Assembly (NCBI GenBank): GCA_049967475.1
Contig: JBMFSQ010000003.1
Location: forward strand, 1 to 64,000
Direction of reading: 5' to 3'
From: Chthonomonadales bacterium
GTDB lineage: Bacteria; Armatimonadota; Chthonomonadetes; Chthonomonadales; CAJBBX01
Length of the DNA stretch: 64,000 nucleotides
The stretch's first letter is position 1. Each line of letters starts with the position of its first letter. Made by a program: the position numbers and the translations under genes. The notes beneath the pieces are model-generated. The model ran no database searches. It was not told the origin of the DNA and was given only the letters and a program-made list of their open reading frames with translations. This document shows positions 47,377 to 57,288 of the stretch, in pieces.

Positions 47377-48453
47377 CTAACGCGTTGGCGGTGTCGGCGC
47401 CTTGCGCAGCTTGGCATAGAATGCCTTCACTATGTCCCAGGCCGGCTTGCCGCGGACGCTGTACCCCGTATCGGCGTGGGCATCGGGGACGTCGCGGACC
47501 TCCCAGAGCCACCAATACGCTCCGGCAAACCAAGGCTCGTCCCAAAACGTGTCCAGTGCGGCTCGATAGAGCCTCGCTTGCTCGTCCAACGACACAGGTT
47601 GCGGCAGCGCCCATTCCCAAGGCTCCATGGCGGCGCGGATCGAGCTACGGTACCCGATCTCGGTGAACAGAATGGGCTTCCGGACGCGGGCCGACAGGTC
47701 GCGGAGGCGCTGCACGTAAGGACGCCAAGCCGCCTTCAGATCCTCCACAGATCTTCCCGGTCGGTCCGCAAGGGGATAGTACGCGTCTACGCCCACGTAA
47801 TCGAGCGCATCCCACCAGGCAATATCCGTTTCACGGTTCCAGTTCGCCGCATAGGTTAGGGGGCCCTTGTAGCGCTTTCGGACCGATGACACCACCTGCC
47901 TCCAATCAGCTTCGCGGTGGCGGGTGCCGTCCAGTTCGACGCCCACGCAGAACAGTTCCGCCTTTTCCGAAGCAGCCAGGTCGGCGTGGTACTCGATGAA
48001 GCGGCGGTAGCTTGCGAACCACGCCTGCCAGTCTTCCTCTTTCGTGAACGTGATTTCGCCCCGCCATCCAGGGCCCGCAAGGTCTATTTGCGGCTTGAGC
48101 ATGACTTTGAGGCCGATGCGATGTGCTTCCCGGATGACATGCCGTAGGCTCTCGTCTGTGGAGGTCCACAGTGGGGCCGGTGCGATGACCGTCGAGGCGG
48201 GAGTGGCCTGCTGCCAGAGCGTAACGATGGACACCCACTGCACGCCGCCCCGCTTCATCGCCGCAAGCTGATCATCTGACGCTTTGCCGAGGAAGCCGTC
48301 TGCGGTCCATGCGGCGAAGCTGAAGCCTTTTTGGAACACAACGGGGTTGGAGCGCGCGCTGCACGGAGCCTGCAACGATGAAAGAGGTGAAGCGACCACT
48401 GCAATCGTGACCCAGCGGGCGAGCCCGGCTAGGATGGAATTATGGGAACGCAT
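47377..48453 (-). CDS. Glycoside hydrolase, GH113-like TIM barrel
   Basis: GLKVMLKPQI, WRGEI, WFASY, CVGVEL, LTYAANW, WWDALDYVGVDAYYPL, KPILFTEIGY. Confidence 0.88.
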   Translation of the reverse strand: MRSHNSILAGLARWVTIAVVASPLSSLQAPCSARSNPVVFQKGFSFAAWTADGFLGKASDDQLAAMKRGGVQWVSIVTLWQQATPASTVIAPAPLWTSTDESLRHVIREAHRIGLKVMLKPQIDLAGPGWRGEITFTKEEDWQAWFASYRRFIEYHADLAASEKAELFCVGVELDGTRHREADWRQVVSSVRKRYKGPLTYAANWNRETDIAWWDALDYVGVDAYYPLADRPGRSVEDLKAAWRPYVQRLRDLSARVRKPILFTEIGYRSSIRAAMEPWEWALPQPVSLDEQARLYRAALDTFWDEPWFAGAYWWLWEVRDVPDAHADTGYSVRGKPAWDIVKAFYAKLRKAPTPPTR

Positions 48454-48489
48454 GTAACGGTTTATCGTACGGGCAGGTCGTGTTCTGCG

Positions 48490-48603
48490 TTAGGCGGCCG
48501 GCGTACAGAATTCGCGCGGCCCATTCATGGCATTCGCCTCAGTGAGCGCACACTCCTTCCGCAGACCCACTCCGAGAGGTGTCGGCTTCAACAATGCGGC
48601 CAT
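48490..48603 (-). CDS. Candidate 37-aa small protein / leader peptide
   Basis: AAGGAGG 9 nt before ATG. MAALLKPTPLGVGLRKECALTEANAMNGPREFCTPAA-TAA. Confidence 0.4.
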   Translation of the reverse strand: MAALLKPTPLGVGLRKECALTEANAMNGPREFCTPAA

Positions 48604-48822
48604 CCGTCTGCGCCTCCTTGGGCGGGGCGGTACGGGCCGCCTTGCGGCATCAGGCCACGGTGCAAAGCGGACGAATTCGGCAGGGCTCTTTCGTCAAGTG
48701 CGGCAGCGATCTCTCCTAAGGGTGTTTGTCGCGTTGGAGCAGTGGATCTTTCCTCAACGATGCCGTCAGGAACTTGAGCCGGTTGGCCGCAATCGGGCCG
48801 GAGGCGGCCGTTCACGGCTGCG

Positions 48823-48852
48823 TTGACAATCCCGATGGGTGGTGGTTATACT
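48823..48852 (+). promoter_or_regulatory. sigma70-type promoter of recG
   Basis: TTGACA-N18-TATACT. Confidence 0.75.
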
Positions 48853-48885
48853 GGTGTCGTTACCACGCAGGTCCGCGGAGGCGCC

Positions 48886-51036
48886 ATGCGCGGCAGTATC
48901 CCCAACGCAGTCCCCGTAGGAATAAAGAAGGAGCATTCTCACGCGTCCACGGCACGTTCCTTGGGGGACGATATTCAATACGTCAAGGGGGTTGGTCCTG
49001 CTGCTGCCCAGCTTCTGGCGAAGCTCGGCATCCGCACCGCCCGAGATGTGCTGCGGCACATCCCTCGGCGATACGAGGACCGCACGAACTTCAGGAAGAT
49101 CCGAGATCTGATCCCCGGGGAACCGGCCGTCATCAGCGCCAAGGTTGTGAGTGTAGAGACCACAACGGCTCGGCGCACTGGGATGGAGATTACCCGTGTC
49201 ACCGTGGACGACGGCACCGGTCGGGCTCAACTCGTCTTTTTTCGGCAGCCCTACTTGCAGAAGCGCTTTGCCGCTTTGGCGCGTTCCGGCACACCCATTT
49301 CGGTCTACGGGTTCGCAAAGCTGGATCTCTACCACGGTGTAGAGATTGAAAGGGCCGAGTGGGAGGAATTAGGAGCTGGCGACAACCTCAGCGCCAACCG
49401 CATCGTGCCTATCTACCCGGCAACGGAGGGGATCCGGCAGGCGCGGATCCGGCGCATCGTGTACAACGTCCTGCAGTCCCACGGTCATTTGGTGCCCGAC
49501 GCAATCCCCGGCGGTCTTCGGGCAGAACAGGGGTTGCCGCCCGCATACGAGGCTATTCGGAACATCCATTTTCCTTCCAGCACCGAAGCGCTCAGCAGGG
49601 CTCGTCGGGCGCTCGTATTCGAGGAATTCCTGGTGCTGCAGGCGGGCCTCATACGCCGGAGGGCGATGTACGCGAAGGAAGGCGGGGGCCTCGTTTTCAC
49701 TGTGGATTGGGAGCGGCTCGAGGCCGATCTGCGCCGGATCCTGCCCTTCCAACTTACGGGCGCGCAGAGGCGGGCGATCAGCGAGATTGCGGCGGATGTG
49801 TCCAGCGGCCGAGCCATGAACCGCCTGGTTCAGGGCGACGTGGGATCGGGCAAAACCGTGGTGGCTCTGGCTGCCGCGCTTATGGCTGTGGAGAATGGCT
49901 ATCAGGTTGCCCTCATGGCGCCTACAGAGATCCTTGCTCAACAACATGCGTTTGTGCTGCGAGGATATCTCGAGCCGCTTTCCATCTCTGTTGCCCTGGC
50001 CACGGGCAGCCAGAAAGCAGGGAGCCGCCGGATGACGCGCGACCGCGTGGCGGGCGGCGAGAGCCCCGTGGTAGTGGGAACCCACGCGCTCATCCAAGAG
50101 GATTTTCAGTTTCACAGGCTCGGCCTCGTGATTATTGACGAGCAGCACCGGTTTGGGGTATTGCAGCGGCAGGCTTTGCACAAGAAGGGGCGAACTCCCC
50201 ACGTGCTGGTAATGACGGCCACCCCGATTCCGCGGACGCTCACCCTCACGCTCTATGGGGATCTGGACACCAGCATCATCAATGAGCTTCCGCCCGGCCG
50301 CAAGCCCATCAAAACCTACTGGAAGCCCAAACACGAGGCGGCGAGCGTCTACGCCGGCGTCCGGACGCTTCTGGAGAAGGGCCGGCAGGCCTACGTAGTG
50401 TGCCCCCTCGTGGAAGAGTCCGAAAAGCTGCAGGCGCGTGCCGCGGTTCAGCTTGCGGAGCATATCCGGAAGGATGTGTTGCCGGGGTTCCGCGTGGGTC
50501 TGCTTCACGGGCAACTTCCTCCTGCCGAGAAGGATGAGGTGATGCGCCGCTTCAAGGCCCACGAACTCGATATCCTCGTGGCCACCACAGTCATCGAGGT
50601 GGGGATTGACGTGCCCAACGCCTGCGTCATGGTGATCGAGGACGCCGACCGCTTCGGGCTGGCCCAGCTCCACCAGTTGCGGGGCCGCGTAGGTCGAGGA
50701 GAGCACAGTTCGTACTGCCTCCTCTTGAGTGACGCTCCTACGGAAGACGCGCGTGCCCGGATGCAAGTAATGGTAGACACTTGCGACGGCTTTCGCATCG
50801 CAGAGGAGGACCTGCGTCTGAGAGGACCTGGTGAATTCTTTGGGACCCGTCAGAGCGGCCTCCCAGAGCTGTATATCGGAGATCTGGTACGGGATTTCGC
50901 CGTTATGGAGGAGGCCCGCCGCGCGGCTATGCGCATTGTGGCGGAGGATCCGAACCTGGAACAGCCGGAACACGCCGGCCTTCGCGCTGCGCTTCAGGCC
51001 AGCGGCCGGGAGTTCGAGCTGGTGCATGTGAGTTAG
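48886..51036 (+). CDS. recG: ATP-dependent DNA helicase RecG
   Basis: KGVGP, PRRYEDR, QGDVGSGKT, DEQHRFG, MTATPIPRT, QLHQLRGRVGRG, RGPGEFFGTRQSG. Confidence 0.97.
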   Translation: MRGSIPNAVPVGIKKEHSHASTARSLGDDIQYVKGVGPAAAQLLAKLGIRTARDVLRHIPRRYEDRTNFRKIRDLIPGEPAVISAKVVSVETTTARRTGMEITRVTVDDGTGRAQLVFFRQPYLQKRFAALARSGTPISVYGFAKLDLYHGVEIERAEWEELGAGDNLSANRIVPIYPATEGIRQARIRRIVYNVLQSHGHLVPDAIPGGLRAEQGLPPAYEAIRNIHFPSSTEALSRARRALVFEEFLVLQAGLIRRRAMYAKEGGGLVFTVDWERLEADLRRILPFQLTGAQRRAISEIAADVSSGRAMNRLVQGDVGSGKTVVALAAALMAVENGYQVALMAPTEILAQQHAFVLRGYLEPLSISVALATGSQKAGSRRMTRDRVAGGESPVVVGTHALIQEDFQFHRLGLVIIDEQHRFGVLQRQALHKKGRTPHVLVMTATPIPRTLTLTLYGDLDTSIINELPPGRKPIKTYWKPKHEAASVYAGVRTLLEKGRQAYVVCPLVEESEKLQARAAVQLAEHIRKDVLPGFRVGLLHGQLPPAEKDEVMRRFKAHELDILVATTVIEVGIDVPNACVMVIEDADRFGLAQLHQLRGRVGRGEHSSYCLLLSDAPTEDARARMQVMVDTCDGFRIAEEDLRLRGPGEFFGTRQSGLPELYIGDLVRDFAVMEEARRAAMRIVAEDPNLEQPEHAGLRAALQASGREFELVHVS

Positions 51037-51129
51037 CGCCCGGCTGTGAACCCGCTGTGCATTGGGATTGTGTCGGAAGAGGTGCCCTTGAAGGATGCGG
51101 GGTGGGATGCATTTAGGAAGGACGGTTTC

Positions 51130-51618
51130 ATGCCAGACGCAGTAGTTCCAGGCAGTTTCGACCCGGTAACGAATGGGCATCTTTACATCATCGAACGCAC
51201 CGCTCAACTATTTGATCGGGTGACGGTGGCCGTAGTGGTCAACCGGAGGAAGCAGCCGCTGTTTACAGTAGAGGAGCGGGTTGATATGCTGCGGGAGGTG
51301 TGTGCCCACCTGCCGAACGTGGCCGTTGCATCCTTCGACGGGTTGTTGGTAGACTTTGCCATGCAGTGCGGCGCCACCGTCATCGTGAAGGGCCTCCGGG
51401 CCGTGTCGGACTTCGAATATGAACTTCAAATGGCCCTTATGAATCGCCGCCTGTGCCCGTCGGTCGAAACGTTATTCATGATGACGGGGGCGGAAGCCTC
51501 CTATCTAAGCTCGAGTGTGGTCAAAGAGATTGCCCGATTGGGCGGATCAGTGGAAGGATTGGTACCGAACCATGTTGGACAACGCTTACGAGAGAAAGTC
51601 CGCCTCGAACAATGGTGA
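51130..51618 (+). CDS. coaD: Phosphopantetheine adenylyltransferase
   Basis: PGSFDPVTNGH, KGLRAVSDFEYE, SSSVVKE. Confidence 0.97.
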   Translation: MPDAVVPGSFDPVTNGHLYIIERTAQLFDRVTVAVVVNRRKQPLFTVEERVDMLREVCAHLPNVAVASFDGLLVDFAMQCGATVIVKGLRAVSDFEYELQMALMNRRLCPSVETLFMMTGAEASYLSSSVVKEIARLGGSVEGLVPNHVGQRLREKVRLEQW

Positions 51619-52234
51619 TGCCCCGGGTGCAGAGGAGCGCCGGCTGCCGCTTAAGGGTACTTATGTTCCACCGGACACAGAAGCCGTAGACATCTTCCGG
51701 CTCCTCGATCAATTGGAGGAGCTTCCCGAGAAGGCCAAGCACCTGCCCTTCAACACGTTGGTTGGCTTTGATCAAGAGAAATTCTACTATTTGGTACTGA
51801 AGGTGCGGGCCAATCTGCCGGAGGACATGAAAAAGGCCTACCGCGTGGCCAAGGACTCCGAGCGCATCGTAGATGCAGCCCGCGGCGCCGCGGAGCAGGA
51901 ACTGGAGAACAGCCGGCTGGAAGCCGCCAGAGTGCGCGAAGCTGCCGAGGCCGATGCAGCCCGCATGTTGGACAATGCCCGCGCAGAAGCCCAGCGCATC
52001 GTCGAGCAGGCGCGATCGCAGGCCGCTGCCATGGTGGACCACAGCGAAGTGACGCGCATGGCCCAGGCTCAGGCCAAAGACATCCTGGCCCGTGCCGAGA
52101 CGGAAGCCAATGAGATCCGCAAAGGCGCAGACGATTACGCCAGGGACGTTCTATCCAGCATCGAAGGCGTCTTGAACCGAACAATCGCCACCGTTCAGCG
52201 CGGACGGGAGGTCCTGGAAAAGACGCGCCAATGA
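51572..52234 (+). CDS. Conserved coiled-coil protein (DivIVA / ATP synthase b-like) of the coaD-yceD locus
   Basis: DIFRLLDQLEE...LPEDMKKA, Ala/Glu/Arg heptads, GADDYA..VL. Typical synteny. Confidence 0.8.
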   Translation: MLDNAYERKSASNNGDAPGAEERRLPLKGTYVPPDTEAVDIFRLLDQLEELPEKAKHLPFNTLVGFDQEKFYYLVLKVRANLPEDMKKAYRVAKDSERIVDAARGAAEQELENSRLEAARVREAAEADAARMLDNARAEAQRIVEQARSQAAAMVDHSEVTRMAQAQAKDILARAETEANEIRKGADDYARDVLSSIEGVLNRTIATVQRGREVLEKTRQ

Positions 52235-52268
52235 GGGCTTCCGTGTCACTTAACAGAAAGTTACGCCG

Positions 52269-52817
52269 ATGAAGCTCGACCTTTCCGAGATTATCGCCCG
52301 CGTAGGCATGCATTATGCTTACCAGGTGGACGAGCCGGCTCTGGTGGATGAGGATCTCGAATGTACTTCCCGCATCACCGGCCGTCTCAACTTTACCAAT
52401 ACCGGCGGCCTCCTGTTGGTGCAAGGAGAGCTCCATACGCGAATTGCGCTGGAGTGCAGCCGCTGTCTGGTATACTTTGAGGAGCCGATTGATGCGCCGA
52501 TCAGCGAGCAGTTCACACTCGAAACGCGCTCCCTGGGGCCGCATAGCCGCGTGAGCCACGTGGTGGTTGAAGAAGACGAGAACCCATCGGCGGGCAGGCT
52601 CTTCAGCGGCAATGTGCTGGACCTAACGGAATTGCTTCGGCAAACCATCACCGTTGCGGCGCCGCTCCAGCCTTTGCATGACCCGCAATGCCGGGGGCTC
52701 TGCCCCGTTTGCGGTCAGGATCGCAATGAAGCGGAGTGTAGCTGCGAAAGCCAGGAAGTCAATCCGGCTTTTGCCAAGCTCCAAGAGCTGCTCAAAGGGC
52801 CTATTTCAGAAGGCTGA
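52269..52817 (+). CDS. yceD: DUF177/YceD protein
   Basis: ECSRCL, LDLTELLRQ, CRGLCPVCG..CSC. Directly upstream of rpmF. Confidence 0.92.
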   Translation: MKLDLSEIIARVGMHYAYQVDEPALVDEDLECTSRITGRLNFTNTGGLLLVQGELHTRIALECSRCLVYFEEPIDAPISEQFTLETRSLGPHSRVSHVVVEEDENPSAGRLFSGNVLDLTELLRQTITVAAPLQPLHDPQCRGLCPVCGQDRNEAECSCESQEVNPAFAKLQELLKGPISEG

Positions 52818-52854
52818 ATACCCCTGCCCATGGGCGGGGCCATAAGGAGATGTT

Positions 52855-53052
52855 ATGCCGCTCCCCAAGCGACGTCATTCGAATATGCGCACCCGTTTGC
52901 GCAGAACACACTACCGCCTCCACCTGCCGGAAGTGGGCTCGTGCCCGCGATGCCACGCGCCACGTCAACCCTACCACGTGTGCCCTTCCTGCGGCTTCTA
53001 CAACGGCAGGCAGGTGATCGAAATCAAGAAGCACCATACTCCGGCCGAATAG
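52855..53052 (+). CDS. rpmF: 50S ribosomal protein L32 (zinc-binding form)
   Basis: MPLPKRRHS..R...RR, CPRC...HVCPSCGFY.GRQV. TAAGGAG RBS. Confidence 0.97.
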   Translation: MPLPKRRHSNMRTRLRRTHYRLHLPEVGSCPRCHAPRQPYHVCPSCGFYNGRQVIEIKKHHTPAE

Positions 53053-53074
53053 GCTGAACCGGGATGCGCCTGGC

Positions 53075-54151
53075 ATGATGCCATCACCAATGCGTATCGC
53101 TGTGGACGCAATGGGAGGCGATCTTGGGCCGGAGGAGGTGGTTCGCGGGGTTCTTCGGGCTGCCAGAGAAAGGCCTTACACTTCCCGCTTCATTCTGGTG
53201 GGCGATGAAGCCCGTATCCGCAAGGAACTCAGCCTCCATCGCAGCGTGCCGGAGAGCATTGTTGTTCGCCACTCCTCGCAGGTTATCGAGATGGGCGACA
53301 AGCCCCGCGAGGTGTACCGCAAAAAGCCCGATGCCTCTGTAGTCGTGGCCGCGCGCCTCGTGAAGGAAGCCGAGGCCGACGCCTTCCTTTCCATCGGGAA
53401 CAGCGGGGCGGCAATGGCTGCCGCGATCTTTGCCCTGCGGCCTCTTGCCGGCGTTGACCGGCCGGCTATCGCCACGGCCATCCCTTCCCTGCGAGATCCC
53501 GTTGTGCTGCTGGACGCCGGCGCCAATGTAGATTGTTCATCCCGGCAGCTTCTGGAATTCGCCATCATGGGGCAAGCCTACTCCCGCATCGTCCTGGGTA
53601 AGCCGACGCCTTCCGTTGCTCTCCTCTCCAACGGCGAAGAAGAAAACAAAGGCAATGAGCTGGTTCGCGATGCCCACAGGCTCTTCAAACAGATGGTTCG
53701 TCCCTTCTATGGCAACATCGAGGGCATGGACGTGTTCCGGGGCAAGGCAGACGTCGTCGTATGCGACGGCTTTGCCGGAAACGTGCTTCTCAAGACCGGA
53801 GAGGGAGTCGCCGAAATGGTCCTCAACATGGTGAAGCAGGAACTGAACCGTTACCGGTGGATGAAGCTTGCCCTACTTCCACTGAGGAAGAGCATACGTA
53901 ACTTGCGCAGCCGGATAGATTACCGGGAATTTGGAGGAGCACCCCTCCTTGGCGTCAATGGCGTGTGCATCATCGGCCATGGGCGGTCCGACGCAGTAGC
54001 CGTTGCCAACGCCATCCGAGTTGCGGAGACGGCTGTGCGCAACGGGCTCGTAGGCGAGATCGCCCGTTCTCTTCAAAGCCTAGCCGCGTCTTCGGAGGAC
54101 ACCCGGTACCCATTGGAGCAGGAAAGGCGACCAAATGGATCCGGGATGTAA
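53075..54151 (+). CDS. plsX: Phosphate acyltransferase PlsX
   Basis: IAVDAMGGD.GP, GVDRPAI, LDAGAN, VCDGFAGN, GGAPLLGV, GHGRS. Confidence 0.96.
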   Translation: MMPSPMRIAVDAMGGDLGPEEVVRGVLRAARERPYTSRFILVGDEARIRKELSLHRSVPESIVVRHSSQVIEMGDKPREVYRKKPDASVVVAARLVKEAEADAFLSIGNSGAAMAAAIFALRPLAGVDRPAIATAIPSLRDPVVLLDAGANVDCSSRQLLEFAIMGQAYSRIVLGKPTPSVALLSNGEEENKGNELVRDAHRLFKQMVRPFYGNIEGMDVFRGKADVVVCDGFAGNVLLKTGEGVAEMVLNMVKQELNRYRWMKLALLPLRKSIRNLRSRIDYREFGGAPLLGVNGVCIIGHGRSDAVAVANAIRVAETAVRNGLVGEIARSLQSLAASSEDTRYPLEQERRPNGSGM

Positions 54152-55151
54152 CGCGGGGATCCTCGGTGTGGGAATGGCGCTCCCCGAGAGGATCCTCACG
54201 AATGCCGACCTCGAGCGCATGGTGGACACGTCGGACGAGTGGATCGTTACGCGCACGGGCATCAGGGAGCGGCGCATCGCGGGGCCCGAGGACAGTGCAG
54301 CCACTCTGGGCGAAGCTGCAGCTCGCCAAGCCCTGGACGATGCGGGCATCACACCTGAAGATCTGGATCTCATCATCTGTGCCACCACAACGGGTGACTA
54401 CCTGTTTCCGGCTACGGCGTGCCTTATCCAGCATGGGCTGGGCGCATCCAAGGCGGCGGCCTTCGACCTTTCCGCTGCGTGCGCCGGCTTTGTCTTTGCG
54501 CTGGAGAACGCGTCCCTCTTCGTTCGAACCGGGCGATGCCGCTATGCGCTGGTGATAGGCGCCGACACTCTTACTCGCTTCGTCAATTGGAAGGACCGCA
54601 GCACGTGTGTCCTCTTCGGTGATGGGGCGGCGGCAGCCGTTGTGGGGCCGTGCGCCGAGGACGAGGGCATTCTCGCTACGGCGTTGGGGACCGATGGTTC
54701 CGGCGCGGAGCAAATCTACATTCCCGCCGGCGGCGCAAGACGGCCTGTGGATTGTACCGTGCTTGCCCAGAAGCTCAACACGATCGCAATGAGGGGCGCC
54801 GAAGTCTTCAAGTTCGCCGTGAAGATCATGGGCGAGGCAGCTCTGGAAGCACTTCAGCTCGCTGGTCTCGAACCCGAGCAGGTAGATCTGTTCATACCGC
54901 ACCAGGCAAACATCCGCATCATAGATGCTGCAGCCAAGCGGATGGGTCTTCCTCCGGAAAAGGTGTTCGTGAATGTGGAGCGGTACGGCAACACGTCCGC
55001 TGCTTCCATCGGAATTGCTCTCAGGGAGGCGCTGGACCGCGGGCTGGTGCGGCGGGGGAGTGTGTTGGTGTTTGTCGGGTTCGGCGCCGGTCTCACCTGG
55101 GGAGCCAACGTGCTTCGGTGGAACCGCGATGAACAGCGGGGGCGCAGATGA
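54135..55151 (+). CDS. fabH: Beta-ketoacyl-ACP synthase III
   Basis: DTSDEWI..RTGI.ERR, AACAGF, FGDGA, PHQAN, YGNTSAAS, GFGAGLTWG. Confidence 0.97.
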   Translation: MDPGCNAGILGVGMALPERILTNADLERMVDTSDEWIVTRTGIRERRIAGPEDSAATLGEAAARQALDDAGITPEDLDLIICATTTGDYLFPATACLIQHGLGASKAAAFDLSAACAGFVFALENASLFVRTGRCRYALVIGADTLTRFVNWKDRSTCVLFGDGAAAAVVGPCAEDEGILATALGTDGSGAEQIYIPAGGARRPVDCTVLAQKLNTIAMRGAEVFKFAVKIMGEAALEALQLAGLEPEQVDLFIPHQANIRIIDAAAKRMGLPPEKVFVNVERYGNTSAASIGIALREALDRGLVRRGSVLVFVGFGAGLTWGANVLRWNRDEQRGRR

Positions 55152-56095
55152 AGAAGAGTGCACTTCTGTTTCCGGGCCAGGGATCGCAGCGCACCGGTAT
55201 GGGGGCCGAATTTTACCGCCATTACCCGGAGGCGCGACGCCTTTTTGATGTGGCCGGTGAGATCTTGGGATATGACCTCGCCAATCTATGCTTTGAAGGA
55301 CCCGATGATAAGCTTCGTGACACGCTGTACGCGCAACCGGCTCTTTACGTAGTAAGCTGTGCCGGGCTGACAGCGCTGCAGTCTGTTTGCCGGGTGCAGC
55401 CGTTCGCTGTTGCCGGGCACTCTGTCGGCGAGTACGCAGCACTCTACGCCGCAGGCGCCATGGCTTTTGAGACCGGCTTACATCTGGTGCAACGGCGTGC
55501 GGAATTGATGCACGAGGCAGCGCGCCGGCGACCAGGCGCTATGGCGGCCATCCTTGGTATGGATGCGGAGGCGGTTGAGGGTGTGTGCCAAGAGGCAAGC
55601 GCCTCCGGCATCGTCGTTGTGGCCAATTACAATTGCCCCGGTCAAACCGTCATTTCTGGGGAGGCTGCTGCCGTTGAGGTTGCAGCCGCTTTGGCCCGCG
55701 AGCGCGGCGCTCGTCGTGTCGTGCCGCTGGCGGTGTCGGGCGGCTTCCACTCGCCACTTATGGTTCAAGCCGGGGATGCGCTCTACCCAGAATTGCGCCG
55801 CGCTATTCTCAAAGACACGAACGTTCCCGTCGTGATGAATGTCACGGCTGAGTATTGCCGTCACGGCGTGGACTTCGCGCCTTACCTTACAATGCAGGTA
55901 AGCGCTCCCGTGCGGTGGGAGGCTTCCATGAGGCGCCTCCTCGCCGATGGCGTGTCTCTGTTTGTGGAGGTGGGCGTAGGAGATGTGCTGGCGGGGCTTC
56001 TTCGCCGGACTGACAAAAGCGCACAAGCCGTAAGTGTTCAGGATGTTCGATCGCTTCAGGATGCAGCGGGTGTCGTCGCCGAGATTGCACCTTGA
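55148..56095 (+). CDS. fabD: Malonyl-CoA:ACP transacylase
   Basis: FPGQGSQ, AGHSVGEY, ANYN.PGQ.V.SG, VSGGFHSPLM. Confidence 0.97.
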   Translation: MKKSALLFPGQGSQRTGMGAEFYRHYPEARRLFDVAGEILGYDLANLCFEGPDDKLRDTLYAQPALYVVSCAGLTALQSVCRVQPFAVAGHSVGEYAALYAAGAMAFETGLHLVQRRAELMHEAARRRPGAMAAILGMDAEAVEGVCQEASASGIVVVANYNCPGQTVISGEAAAVEVAAALARERGARRVVPLAVSGGFHSPLMVQAGDALYPELRRAILKDTNVPVVMNVTAEYCRHGVDFAPYLTMQVSAPVRWEASMRRLLADGVSLFVEVGVGDVLAGLLRRTDKSAQAVSVQDVRSLQDAAGVVAEIAP

Positions 56096-56116
56096 CCGTT
56101 CAGAAAAGGAGTGTCT

Positions 56117-56869
56117 ATGAAACTCGAAGGACAGGTCGCTATCGTTACAGGTGCCGGCCGCGGAGGTCGGGGCATTGGGCGGAGCATCGCATTGGCCCTG
56201 GCTGGAGAGGGAGCACAAATAGCCGTTTCGGATTTCGTGGTGGAGAATGCGCAGGCCGTTGCCGAAGAGGTGCAGCGCACCACCGGGCAAAAGGCCGTGG
56301 CCATCGAAGGGAACGTTGCGGTTTGGCAAGACGTGGAGCGGCTCGTAGACCGGGTGATGCAGGAATTTGGGCGTCTCGATATCCTTGTGAACAATGCCGG
56401 TATCACCCGGGACAACCTCATCATTCGCATGAGCGAAGAGGAGTGGGATGCCGTGGTGGACAGTAATCTGAAGGGTACGTTTCTGTGCACCAAGGCGGCC
56501 TCGCGCGTCATGCTCAAGCAGAAGCGCGGGCGCATCGTCAACATCGCCAGCGTTATGGGCATCGTGGGGAATGCCGGACAGGCGAACTACTCGGCTTCCA
56601 AAGCGGGTATTATTGGCCTGACCAAAACGACGGCCAAGGAACTGGGGAGCCGGGGCATCACATGTAATGCCGTAGCGCCGGGCTTCATTCAAACGGTGAT
56701 GACCGATGCGCTTCCGCAAGAGCTGCGAGACCAGATGATGAAGCAGGTGCCGCTGGCGCGCCTGGGGACCCCCGAGGATGTCGCCGGCGTTGTTCTCTTC
56801 TTGTGCACCGATGCCGCGGCGTACGTTACAGGGCAAGTGATCTCTGTAGACGGCGGGCTGTTCATGTAG
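56117..56869 (+). CDS. fabG: 3-oxoacyl-ACP reductase
   Basis: VTGAGRGGRGIG, NNAGITRD, YSASKAG, APGFI.T.MT. Confidence 0.97.
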   Translation: MKLEGQVAIVTGAGRGGRGIGRSIALALAGEGAQIAVSDFVVENAQAVAEEVQRTTGQKAVAIEGNVAVWQDVERLVDRVMQEFGRLDILVNNAGITRDNLIIRMSEEEWDAVVDSNLKGTFLCTKAASRVMLKQKRGRIVNIASVMGIVGNAGQANYSASKAGIIGLTKTTAKELGSRGITCNAVAPGFIQTVMTDALPQELRDQMMKQVPLARLGTPEDVAGVVLFLCTDAAAYVTGQVISVDGGLFM

Positions 56870-56947
56870 GGTAGAATGGGCGGGCGGCCGCGCATCCTGC
56901 GGGTTGCCGGCACCGCAAATGGCAATCATCCGACAAGGGAGGAGAGC

Positions 56948-57184
56948 ATGTCAACGTTTGAGCGCGTAAAGAAGGTGATCGTGGAGCAACTGGATGTGAG
57001 CCCTGAAGAGGTCACGCCGGAGGCATCCTTCGTGGAGGATTTGGGCGCGGACTCGCTGGATGTAGTGGAACTCGTCATGGGGCTTGAAGAGGAGTTCGAT
57101 ATCGAAATCCCCGATGACGACGCCGAGAAGATCACCCGCGTTCAGGACGCCGTGAAGTATATCGAGGAAAAGACCAAGGAATAG
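56948..57184 (+). CDS. acpP: Acyl carrier protein
   Basis: [19 protein letters not shown]. Confidence 0.98.
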   Translation: MSTFERVKKVIVEQLDVSPEEVTPEASFVEDLGADSLDVVELVMGLEEEFDIEIPDDDAEKITRVQDAVKYIEEKTKE

Positions 57185-57190
57185 CGCCGT

Positions 57191-57237
57191 GCTGCCGGGG
57201 TCCGCGCTTGCGTTCTTGAAGCAGCCGCCCCGGCAGC
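57191..57237 (+). terminator. GC-rich hairpin after acpP
   Basis: GCTGCCGGGG ... CCCCGGCAGC perfect 10-bp inverted repeat. No U tract. Confidence 0.5.
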
Positions 57238-57288
57238 CGTTACGTATGCATAGGAGGGCCGATGGGTTTGCGTAAAGAGGCGTCGGGG

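Noticed and set aside
48620..48760. Glycine-riboswitch-like GGAGAGA...GCCGAA on the minus strand
   Set aside because: Lacks the downstream GAAGG and CTCTCAGG elements, and the gene context does not fit.
51037..51129. No rsmD between recG and coaD
   Set aside because: Ordinary synteny variation with no visible remnant.
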